Shown here: in pieces, positions 56,682 to 64,000 of the stretch
Numbering within the stretch: the stretch's first letter is position 1
Layout: the number at the start of each line of letters is the position of its first letter
Assembly: GCA_021730785.1 (NCBI GenBank)
Contig: JAKFWF010000049.1
Coordinates: forward strand, 136,025 to 200,024
Reading direction: 5' to 3'
DNA from: Hyphomicrobiaceae bacterium
GTDB lineage: Bacteria; Pseudomonadota; Alphaproteobacteria; Rhizobiales; Hyphomicrobiaceae
DNA: 64,000 nucleotides
Translations under genes and position numbers: made by a program
Notes under the pieces: generated by a model
Seen by the model: only the letters and a program-made list of their open reading frames with translations
What the model was told of the DNA's origin: nothing
The model's database searches: none

Positions 56682-57635
56682 TCACCCCTGGAGTGCGGCC
56701 CACATCTCGCGGTCGCGCACGTCGGTCCAAACGACCGGATGGTCGATGCCGCGGGCTTCGTCGAAGGCGCGGGACACATTGAACGGCAGGCAGTGCTCGT
56801 AGATCGCGTAGCCACCGAACGGCTTGTCCATCACGGCCCGCGTCGCCTTGAACGTCGCCTTGAGATCGAGGTTCCGGGCGACCGACGCTTGCGCCGTGTC
56901 ATACAGCGCCGCCAGAAACGCGCGCGTGCCGGCAATGGCATCGCCAACCTTCTGCGTGCCGACCAGCGCATCGCCGCGGCCAGGCACCAGCGCCTTCGGC
57001 GCGTACGCCGCGACCCGGTCGAGCGTGCCGGGCCAGTCAGAAAAGTACGCGTCGCCACAGTAGCAGGCCGAGCGGTACTCGACGAGGTCGCCCGAGAACA
57101 TGACGCCCGAGTCGGGCACCCAGGCGATGGTGTCGCCGGCCGTGTGGCCGCGGCCGATCTGCACGATGTCGACGCGCCGCCGCCCGAGCCAAAGCGTGAT
57201 GGCGTCCTTGAACGTGAGCGTCGGCCAGGTGAGGCCCGGCGGCACACTCTCGACGCCGCGGAACAGACGGGGGAAGCGGCCGATCTCGGACGCTTTGTCC
57301 TGTTCGCCGCGCTCGACGATGAGCTTGCGGGTCGCCTCCGAGGCCAGGATCTCCGACGCGTTGAAGGCCGACGCGCCGAGTACCCTGACCGCGTGATAGT
57401 GCGACAACAGCACGTACTTGATCGGCTTGTCGGTGACCGCTCGGACGCGCGCGATCACGTCCCTGGCCATCAGCGGCGTCGCCTGGGCGTCGATCACCAT
57501 GCAACAGTCATCGCCGACGATGACGCCGGTGTTGGGATCGCCCTCCGCCGTATAGGCATAGAGCCCCTCACCGATCTTGCCGAAGGTGATCTTCTTCTCG
57601 GCCGTGTCGCCGGTCGATGCGAAGTTGGCGGCCAT
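56682..57635 (-). CDS. MBL-fold metallo-hydrolase
   Basis: The ATG at 57635 is preceded by GAGAGGA. Metal motif LLSHYHAVRVLG (HxHxxR variant), plus GHTAGD and the later FSGDLV and CYCGD blocks. Confidence 0.85.
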   Translation of the reverse strand: MAANFASTGDTAEKKITFGKIGEGLYAYTAEGDPNTGVIVGDDCCMVIDAQATPLMARDVIARVRAVTDKPIKYVLLSHYHAVRVLGASAFNASEILASEATRKLIVERGEQDKASEIGRFPRLFRGVESVPPGLTWPTLTFKDAITLWLGRRRVDIVQIGRGHTAGDTIAWVPDSGVMFSGDLVEYRSACYCGDAYFSDWPGTLDRVAAYAPKALVPGRGDALVGTQKVGDAIAGTRAFLAALYDTAQASVARNLDLKATFKATRAVMDKPFGGYAIYEHCLPFNVSRAFDEARGIDHPVVWTDVRDREMWAALQG

Positions 57636-57674
57636 GCGCGGTGTCCTCTCGTGCAAAACCGTCGATGCTTGCGC

Positions 57675-58574
57675 TCAGCGCGCGAGCACCTTTGCCAGCG
57701 TGGTGCCGAGGCTCGCCGGGCTGTCGGCGATGGCGATGCCGGCCGAGCGCATGGCTTCGAGCTTGTCCTCGGCGCCGCCCTTGCCGCCGGAGATGATGGC
57801 GCCTGCGTGCCCCATGCGGCGGCCCGGGGGCGCGGTGACGCCGGCGATGAAGCCCGCCATCGGTTTCTTGCGGCCTTTCGCGGCTTCGCGCTTGATGAAC
57901 TCGGCCGCGTCTTCCTCGGCCGCGCCGCCGATTTCGCCGATCATGATGATCGAATGCGTCTCGGGGTCGGCGAGGAACATCTCAAGCACATCGATGAATT
58001 CCGTGCCCTTGACCGGATCGCCGCCGATGCCGACCGCCGTCGACTGGCCGAGCCCCGCATCCGACGTCTGCTTCACCGCTTCGTAGGTGAGCGTGCCGGA
58101 ACGCGACACGATGCCGACGTTGCCGGCCTTGAAGATGTTGCCCGGCATGATGCCGATCTTGCACTGGTTCGGAGTGAGGACGCCCGGGCAGTTGGGTCCG
58201 ATCAGCCGCGACCAGGAGCCGGCGAGCGCGCGCTTCACGCGCACCATGTCCATCACCGGAATGCCCTCGGTGATGCAGATGATGAGCGGGATTTCGGCGT
58301 CGATCGCTTCGAGGATGGCGTCGGCGGCGAACGGCGGCGGCACATAGATCGACGAGGCGGTGGCGCCCGTCATGGCCTTGGCCTCGGCGACGCTGTCGTA
58401 GATCGGCACCATGGCGAGTTCGGGGTCGGCGACCTTGGTGCCGCCCTTGCCGGGCGTCACGCCGCCAACCAGCTGCGTGCCATAGGCCTTGGCCGCCTTC
58501 GAATGGAACAGACCCTGGCTGCCGGTGAAGCCCTGGCAGATGACTTTGGTGGTGCGGTCGACGAGAATGGCCAT
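57675..58574 (-). CDS. sucD: succinate--CoA ligase alpha-subunit paralogue with no adjacent beta subunit
   Basis: Near full-length similarity to E. coli SucD as I recall it: [40 protein letters not shown], and the phospho-His motif [18 protein letters not shown] at 58574. Confidence 0.85.
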   Translation of the reverse strand: MAILVDRTTKVICQGFTGSQGLFHSKAAKAYGTQLVGGVTPGKGGTKVADPELAMVPIYDSVAEAKAMTGATASSIYVPPPFAADAILEAIDAEIPLIICITEGIPVMDMVRVKRALAGSWSRLIGPNCPGVLTPNQCKIGIMPGNIFKAGNVGIVSRSGTLTYEAVKQTSDAGLGQSTAVGIGGDPVKGTEFIDVLEMFLADPETHSIIMIGEIGGAAEEDAAEFIKREAAKGRKKPMAGFIAGVTAPPGRRMGHAGAIISGGKGGAEDKLEAMRSAGIAIADSPASLGTTLAKVLAR

Positions 58575-58723
58575 GGGTCGTGGGCTCCGGGCGGGTTCGC
58601 TGGATCGTTGAGCGTGGTTTAGCAGGCGGAGCAAATAGGGCAAGTGGGGCGTTCTGCGACGGTGTGTTCCGCAGTGCCGGCCGAGCGACCGGCGCAATGG
58701 TGAGACGTGGTGGCAACGCCACC

Positions 58724-59731
58724 TTACCGTGCGTCTGCCGCCACCGCATGACATGCAACCATCCGCCCGCCGGCCGCGGCAAGCTCAGGGCGCTCGCTGC
58801 GGCACCGCTCGAAGGCCAGTGGACAGCGCGGGTGGAAGGCGCAGCCGGAGGGCGGGGAGATCGGGTTTGGAATTTCGCCCTCGACGGCCGCCCGCACGCG
58901 GCCTGTCATCTCGAGATCGGGCACCGCGTCAAGCAGGAGCCGCGTGTAGGGGTGTTGCGGGTTGCCGAACAACTCGTCCGGCGTGGCGATCTCGACCAGC
59001 CGGCCAAGGTAGAGCACGCCGATGCGGCTCGCCATGTGGCGCACGACTGCAAGGTTGTGGCTGATGAACAGGTAGGTTAGCCCCAATTGATCCTGCAGAT
59101 CGCGCATCAAATTCAGGATCTGCGCCTGCACCGACACGTCGAGTGCCGAAGTCGGCTCGTCGCACACGATGAACTCCGGATTGGCGGCGAGCGCGCGGGC
59201 AATCGCCACGCGCTGGCGCTGGCCGCCGGAGAACTCGTGCGGATACTTCACGGCATCCTCGGGCGACAGGCCGACCAGGGTCAGCAGTTCGGCCACGCGC
59301 ACCTCGATTGCCTGTTGCTCCGTCATCAGGCCGAAGGCGCGCAGCGGTTCGGCGACGACGCGGGCGACGCGCCAGCGCGGGTTCAAACTGGCGAACGGGT
59401 CCTGGAAGATCATCTGGATGCGGCGACGCAGCTGCGCACGCTGCGCTGCTGCCGCCGGATCGCTCATCGATATGCCGTCGATGCGCACGTCGCCCGCACT
59501 CGGTGCGATCAAGCCGACGATGATCTTGGCGACCGTCGACTTGCCGGAGCCCGATTCACCGACCAGCGCGAACGTCTCGCGGCGGATGATCTCGAACGAC
59601 ACATCGGCCACGGCGGTCAGCGTCTGCCGGGGCGCACCCTCGATCAGGCGGTTCAGCCACGGCTTCGATACGTCGAAGCGGCGCCACAGGTGATCGACCT
59701 CGACCAATGCCTTGACGGGGGTATCCTTCAT
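58724..59731 (-). CDS. peptide/nickel-type ABC transporter ATP-binding protein (DppF/OppF-like)
   Basis: Walker [10 protein letters not shown], signature FSGGQRQRV, Walker [17 protein letters not shown] overlap with the upstream gene. Confidence 0.9.
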   Translation of the reverse strand: MKDTPVKALVEVDHLWRRFDVSKPWLNRLIEGAPRQTLTAVADVSFEIIRRETFALVGESGSGKSTVAKIIVGLIAPSAGDVRIDGISMSDPAAAAQRAQLRRRIQMIFQDPFASLNPRWRVARVVAEPLRAFGLMTEQQAIEVRVAELLTLVGLSPEDAVKYPHEFSGGQRQRVAIARALAANPEFIVCDEPTSALDVSVQAQILNLMRDLQDQLGLTYLFISHNLAVVRHMASRIGVLYLGRLVEIATPDELFGNPQHPYTRLLLDAVPDLEMTGRVRAAVEGEIPNPISPPSGCAFHPRCPLAFERCRSERPELAAAGGRMVACHAVAADAR

Positions 59732-60705
59732 GAAGTCACCCGCCAGCAGGCGACGTGCGAGGTGGCCGCCGGCAGCAGCGATGGCCGCTCAGCGCGGCAA
59801 CGGTCGATGGCCTCGCCACAGCGCGGATTGAACGCACAGCCCTCAGGGATTGCCGACAGCCGCGGCATGTTGCCGGGGATCAGCGTGAGCCGCCCGTCGT
59901 GGCCGGCCGCCTTCTTCGCGAGTGATGGAATGGCGCCCATCAGGCCGCGCGCATAAGGGTGTTGTGGCGCCTTCAGCACGTCGCGCACGGGTCCGATCTC
60001 GGCGATGCGGCCGGCATACATGACGGCGACGCGATCGGCGACTTCGGCAATCACGCCCATGTCGTGGGTGATCAGCATGACGGACGTGCCGCGGTTGCGG
60101 GCGAGTGCCTTGATCAGCGCGATGATCTGCGCCTGCACGGAAACATCGAGCGCGGTGGTGGGCTCGTCCGCGATGATCAACTCGGGCTCGGTGCACAGCA
60201 CGAGGGCCAGGACGACGCGCTGGCGCATGCCGCCCGACAACTCGTGCGGGTAGGCATCGATGCGGTTTTCTGGCGCGGGAATGCCGACCTCGGCCAGAAG
60301 CGCAATGGCGCGGGCGCGAGCGTCGGCTTCCGAGATGTTGGCGTGCACGCGCATGGTCTCGGTGATCTGGGCGCCGATGCGGTACACAGGGTTGAGGCTC
60401 GTCAGCGGGTCCTGGAACACCATGCCGATGCGCTTGCCCCGGATGCGGCGCAACTGGTCGATCGGCATCGTGTCGATGCGTGTGCCATCGAGGCGGATTT
60501 CGCCGCCCGTCATGTGGCCGGGCGGCTCCAGCAGCCCCATGATGGCAGCCCCCGTCACCGACTTGCCAGCCCCGCTCTCGCCGACGAGGCCGAGAATTTC
60601 GCCACGACCGATCTCGAACGACACGTCGTCGATGGCAACGAGCCGCGCCCGCCGGTTCGGGAATTCGACGCGCAGGTTGCGGACGGAAAGAAGAGGGGCG
60701 GTCAC
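59728..60705 (-). CDS. peptide/nickel-type ABC transporter ATP-binding protein (DppD/OppD-like)
   Basis: Walker A GESGAGKSV, signature LSGGMRQRV, Walker [13 protein letters not shown]. The GTG start overlaps the permease stop (GTGA). Confidence 0.9.
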   Translation of the reverse strand: MTAPLLSVRNLRVEFPNRRARLVAIDDVSFEIGRGEILGLVGESGAGKSVTGAAIMGLLEPPGHMTGGEIRLDGTRIDTMPIDQLRRIRGKRIGMVFQDPLTSLNPVYRIGAQITETMRVHANISEADARARAIALLAEVGIPAPENRIDAYPHELSGGMRQRVVLALVLCTEPELIIADEPTTALDVSVQAQIIALIKALARNRGTSVMLITHDMGVIAEVADRVAVMYAGRIAEIGPVRDVLKAPQHPYARGLMGAIPSLAKKAAGHDGRLTLIPGNMPRLSAIPEGCAFNPRCGEAIDRCRAERPSLLPAATSHVACWRVTS

Positions 60706-61664
60706 TTCAGCCTCGGATTGAGCGCATCTCGCAGCCAGTCGCCGAGCAGGTTGACGGCAAGCGCCAGGATGATCAGGGCGGCGGCGGGGAAGAACAAGAT
60801 CCAGCGCTCGCCGGAGAACAGGAACTGCTGGCCGACGCGGATGAGCGTGCCAAGCGAGGGCTGGGTTGGCGGTACGCCGACGCCGAGGAACGACAAGGTT
60901 GCCTCCTCGATCACGGCGAGCGCGAGGTTGATCGTTGCAATGACGAGGACGGGGCCGATCACGTTCGGCAGCACGTGGCTGCCCATGATGGCGCCGGACG
61001 TGCGCCCCATGACGCGGGCGGCCTGCACATATTCCTTGTTGCGTTCCACCAGCGTCGCGCCGCGCACGGTGCGGGCATATTGTGCCCAGTGCGACAGGCC
61101 GATGGCGATGATCAATACGATGACGGCCATGCGTTCATGCTGCGTCGGGTGGATCAGGCCACGGCCGACGCCGAACACCAGAAGTGCGATCAAAATCGCC
61201 GGGAACGACAGCTGCACGTCGGCGACGCGCATGATGAGGGCATCGACCCGCCCGCCGACGAAGCCCGCGATCAGGCCAAGGCTGACGCCGAGCACCATCG
61301 AGAAGCCGACGGACGCAAAGCCGACGATGAGCGAAACCCGCGTGCCGTACAGAATGGCGGACAGCAGATCGCGACCCTGGCTGTCGGTGCCGAAGACATG
61401 CGTGATGCCGGTCGAGCCGACCTCCAGGGGCTTCAGGAAGCCGTCGTCGAGCCTGACGGCGCCGGGGTCAAAGGCGTTTTGCGGTGCGATCCAGGGGGCG
61501 AGGAAGGCTGCGATGAAGATCAGGAGCGTGGTGGTGGCAGCGGCAATCGCGACCGGTGAATGCCGGAAGTTCCAGGCGAGATCGCTGTCCCAGACGGCGG
61601 CAAGACGCGATCTGAGCGTCGATTTGGCTTTGGGCGGTGGCTTGATCTGGGGGGCGTCGTTCAC
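60702..61664 (-). CDS. ABC transporter permease (DppC/OppC-like)
   Basis: The GTG at 61664 overlaps the upstream permease stop (GTGA) and is preceded by GGAGG. GTDSQGRDLLSAILYGTR and EYVQAARVMG blocks. Confidence 0.9.
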   Translation of the reverse strand: MNDAPQIKPPPKAKSTLRSRLAAVWDSDLAWNFRHSPVAIAAATTTLLIFIAAFLAPWIAPQNAFDPGAVRLDDGFLKPLEVGSTGITHVFGTDSQGRDLLSAILYGTRVSLIVGFASVGFSMVLGVSLGLIAGFVGGRVDALIMRVADVQLSFPAILIALLVFGVGRGLIHPTQHERMAVIVLIIAIGLSHWAQYARTVRGATLVERNKEYVQAARVMGRTSGAIMGSHVLPNVIGPVLVIATINLALAVIEEATLSFLGVGVPPTQPSLGTLIRVGQQFLFSGERWILFFPAAALIILALAVNLLGDWLRDALNPRLK

Positions 61665-62650
61665 TTGCCACCTCCAACGACTGCGGTGCTGGACTTCAGG
61701 CGCGGGTCGAGCAGGACGTAGGTCAGATCGACGATCAGGTTGACAACCACGAACACGACGGCAACGAACATCAGGTAGGCCGCCATGACGGGAATGTCGA
61801 CGAACTGCACTGCTTGCACGAACAGCGCACCGAGACCCGGCCATTGAAATACGCTCTCGGTGATGATGGCGAAGGCGATCACCGAGCCGAGCTGCAAGCC
61901 AGCAATCGTCACCACCGGCACCAGCGTGTTGCGCAGCGCATGGCGGAACTGGATGCGGCTTTCAGGCAAACCGCGCGCGCGGGCGAACTTCACGTAGTCG
62001 GTGCGCAGGGTTTCCAGCATCTGTGCGCGCACGAGGCGCATGATAAGGGTCAACTGGAAGAAGCCGAGCGTGAGCACTGGCATGATCAGCGATGCGCGCC
62101 CCGACGGCGTCAGCAGGCCTGTTGTCCACCAGCCGAGTTTGACCGTTTCGCCACGCCCGAACGAGGGCAGCCATTTGAGTTCGACGGCGAACAGGTAGAT
62201 GAGGCCGATGCCGATCAGGAAGGTCGGCAGGCTGACGCCGATCAGCGATATGCCCATCACGATGTGGGCGCCCCAGGAGTTGCGGCGGATCGCGGTATAG
62301 ACGCCGAGCAGCGTACCGAAGCCGGTAGCGAGCAACGCCGACAGCACGGCGAGTTCGACCGTCGCCGGCATCCGCTCGGCAATCAGTGCCGATACCTTGC
62401 GACCCTGGCGGTAGCTCATGCCGAATTCGCCGAATGCGGCATTGGCCAGGAAGCGGGCAAACTGGATCGGCACCGGATCATTGAGGCCGAGCCGTTCCGC
62501 CAGTTCCCGACGGTCCTGCTGGCTCGCCTCCTGACCCGCCATGTTGGCGACCGGATCGCCGATGAAGCGGAACATCGAGAAGGCGAGGGCTGCCACCACC
62601 ACCAGCACGAGGATCGCCTGTCCGACGCTTTTCAGGATGTAGGCGATCAT
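61661..62650 (-). CDS. ABC transporter permease (DppB/OppB-like)
   Basis: MIAYILKSVGQAILVLVVV... and the DYVKFARARGL motif. Confidence 0.9.
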   Translation of the reverse strand: MIAYILKSVGQAILVLVVVAALAFSMFRFIGDPVANMAGQEASQQDRRELAERLGLNDPVPIQFARFLANAAFGEFGMSYRQGRKVSALIAERMPATVELAVLSALLATGFGTLLGVYTAIRRNSWGAHIVMGISLIGVSLPTFLIGIGLIYLFAVELKWLPSFGRGETVKLGWWTTGLLTPSGRASLIMPVLTLGFFQLTLIMRLVRAQMLETLRTDYVKFARARGLPESRIQFRHALRNTLVPVVTIAGLQLGSVIAFAIITESVFQWPGLGALFVQAVQFVDIPVMAAYLMFVAVVFVVVNLIVDLTYVLLDPRLKSSTAVVGGGK

Positions 62651-62674
62651 GGGGGCCGGTGGCTGCGCCAGATT

Positions 62675-62815
62675 GTTGGGTTACGCGCGGAACGATCGCC
62701 TGAATGACGCCCTCGACAGTCCGGGCCGCGCTAACCCAACCTACGAGCAGACGGGAGAATAATGCGCGAACGGTAAGTTGGGTTAGACCGTCCTGCTTGC
62801 CGGTCATAACCCAAC
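62675..62815. repeat. REP-like cluster: four copies of GTTGGGTTA/TAACCCAAC forming two hairpins
   Basis: GTTGGGTTA occurs at 62675-62683 and 62777-62785, and its complement TAACCCAAC at 62732-62740 and 62807-62815. With flanking bases these give stems of about 15 bp (62675-62690 with 62726-62740; 62777-62790 with 62801-62815). The cluster sits between the substrate-binding protein (SBP) gene and the first permease gene. Confidence 0.6.
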
Positions 62816-62831
62816 GACTTGCGCCACGTGC

Positions 62832-64000
62832 CTACTTCTTCACTTTCGCGAACTTCAGCTTGGGCTGGTTCGAGATGTCGACCGGGATCTCGAGGTCCGG
62901 CTTCATCGCATAGGCCAGCGTCTGGATGTGGATCGGGATATAGATCACTTCGTCCTGCAGAGCCTTCCAGATCTGCGCGATGGTCTGGTTGCGCTTCGTC
63001 AGGTCGGTCTCCTGCGTGAGCCCGACGGTCAGCTTGTCGATCTCGGCGTTGGAGTAGCGCGTCGCATTCCAGCCGCCCTCCTTGTCGGTGCGGGTGTGGT
63101 AGAGGAACGTGAATACATAGTGGCTGTCGAACGTCGGCACGCCCCAGCCGAGCAGGAAAAAATCCGTTTCCGGCGGGTTCCGCTGGATGAGGGGGAAGTG
63201 GATCGACTTCGACTGCGACACGAGGTTCACCTTGATGCCGATCGTCGCGAGCTGGCCGACGGCGGCCTGGCAGATCGCCTCGTCATTGATGTAGCGATCG
63301 TTCGGGCAGTGCAGCGTGACGGAGAAGCCGTCGGGATAGCCCGCTTCCGCCATCAAGGTCTTGGCTTTGGCCGCGTCGGCCGCCGGGATCACGTCGAGAT
63401 CCTTGGTGTAGCCGTTGACGCCGGGCGGCGCGATGATGCCGGTCGGCAGCGACTGGCCGCGCATGGTCACCCGCTGGATCGTCGAACGGTTGATGATGAT
63501 GTTCATCGCCGCCCGCACCTTCTTCTCGGCGAACGGGTTCTTGCCCTTCACGTCCGAGGTCTTCAGCTCCTTGTCGCCGACATTCATGCCAAAGAAGATC
63601 GAGCGGTTCTCAGGCCCGACGTTGACCTGCAGTTTCGGGTCGGACGATAGCTTCTGGATATCCTGGACCGGGACGTCCTGTACGAAATCGACTTCGCCCG
63701 ACAGTAGAGCTGCGACGCGCGTCGCGTCGGCCTTGATCGGCAAATATGTGATCTCGGTGATGTCGAGCGGCACCTGCCCCTTGCCCCAGTAGGCATCGTT
63801 ACGCTTCATGACGGTCTTCACGTCCGGCTCACGACTGACGAGAATGAAGGGGCCGGTGCCGTTGGCATTGCGGACCGAGAAGTTTTCCTCCTTGGCCTTG
63901 AAGTCCTGCACCTTGCCGGCGTTGTTCTTCTCGGTCCACGCCTTGCTCATCACGAACAGGTCGTTGAGGTTCGACGGGAAAATCGGGTTCGGCCCCTTGG
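62832..64000 (-). CDS. ABC transporter substrate-binding protein, family 5 (peptide/nickel); N-terminus outside the window
   Basis: The frame stays open from the stop at 62832 to the window edge (upstream in-frame residues ...KGPNPIFPSNLNDLFVMSKAW). The body is SBP_bac_5-like (GTGPFILVSREPD ... NDAYWGKG). The permease and ATPase genes follow it. Confidence 0.85.
   Translation of the reverse strand, partial: KGPNPIFPSNLNDLFVMSKAWTEKNNAGKVQDFKAKEENFSVRNANGTGPFILVSREPDVKTVMKRNDAYWGKGQVPLDITEITYLPIKADATRVAALLSGEVDFVQDVPVQDIQKLSSDPKLQVNVGPENRSIFFGMNVGDKELKTSDVKGKNPFAEKKVRAAMNIIINRSTIQRVTMRGQSLPTGIIAPPGVNGYTKDLDVIPAADAAKAKTLMAEAGYPDGFSVTLHCPNDRYINDEAICQAAVGQLATIGIKVNLVSQSKSIHFPLIQRNPPETDFFLLGWGVPTFDSHYVFTFLYHTRTDKEGGWNATRYSNAEIDKLTVGLTQETDLTKRNQTIAQIWKALQDEVIYIPIHIQTLAYAMKPDLEIPVDISNQPKLKFAKVKK

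Noticed and set aside
56559-58622. 687-aa plus-strand ORF
   Set aside because: It is antisense to the MBL hydrolase and sucD-like genes, both of which have strong family motifs. Its composition is Arg/Gly/Asp/Ala-rich and featureless.
1-64000. CRISPR arrays, rRNA genes, intact IS elements or prophage genes
   Set aside because: I saw no regularly spaced direct repeats, no rRNA-like sequence, no intact transposase or integrase, and no phage structural genes on either strand.

Overview
This is a high-GC chromosomal segment that looks alphaproteobacterial (Bradyrhizobium/Rhodopseudomonas-like), judged from gene content and the trpA-accD-folC synteny. I support about 58 CDS, one tRNA-Leu(CAA), one transposase remnant, two hairpin terminators and one REP-like repeat cluster. 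I saw no CRISPR array, rRNA or intact mobile element. Most genes are housekeeping (rnr, uvrD, folC, accD, trpA, glpD, an AsmA-family giant protein, PCuAC/SCO1) or accessory metabolism (a TRAP transporter, two peptide-type ABC importers, and a mixed oxidoreductase/decarboxylase cluster at 44-56 kb). The best candidate for an undescribed system is at 30.8-36.8 kb. There, a Cys-free, secreted SUOX-fold protein of the PruR (pterin-binding) type is paired with a hybrid histidine kinase (HisKA-HATPase-REC-REC-HPt). Across a roughly 250-bp AT-rich region, an operon runs the other way, encoding a PTPS/QueD-family protein, GTP cyclohydrolase I, a REC-HPt protein and a stand-alone REC. I read this as a pterin-sensing phosphorelay with its own pterin-supply genes. 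A second candidate is a translationally coupled small-ORF plus SLOG-fold (YpsA/DprA-LOG-like) gene pair at 6.6-7.5 kb. All family assignments come from motif recognition by eye and need profile searches. Many long ORFs in the supplied track are high-GC antisense or alternate-frame artefacts and were rejected.
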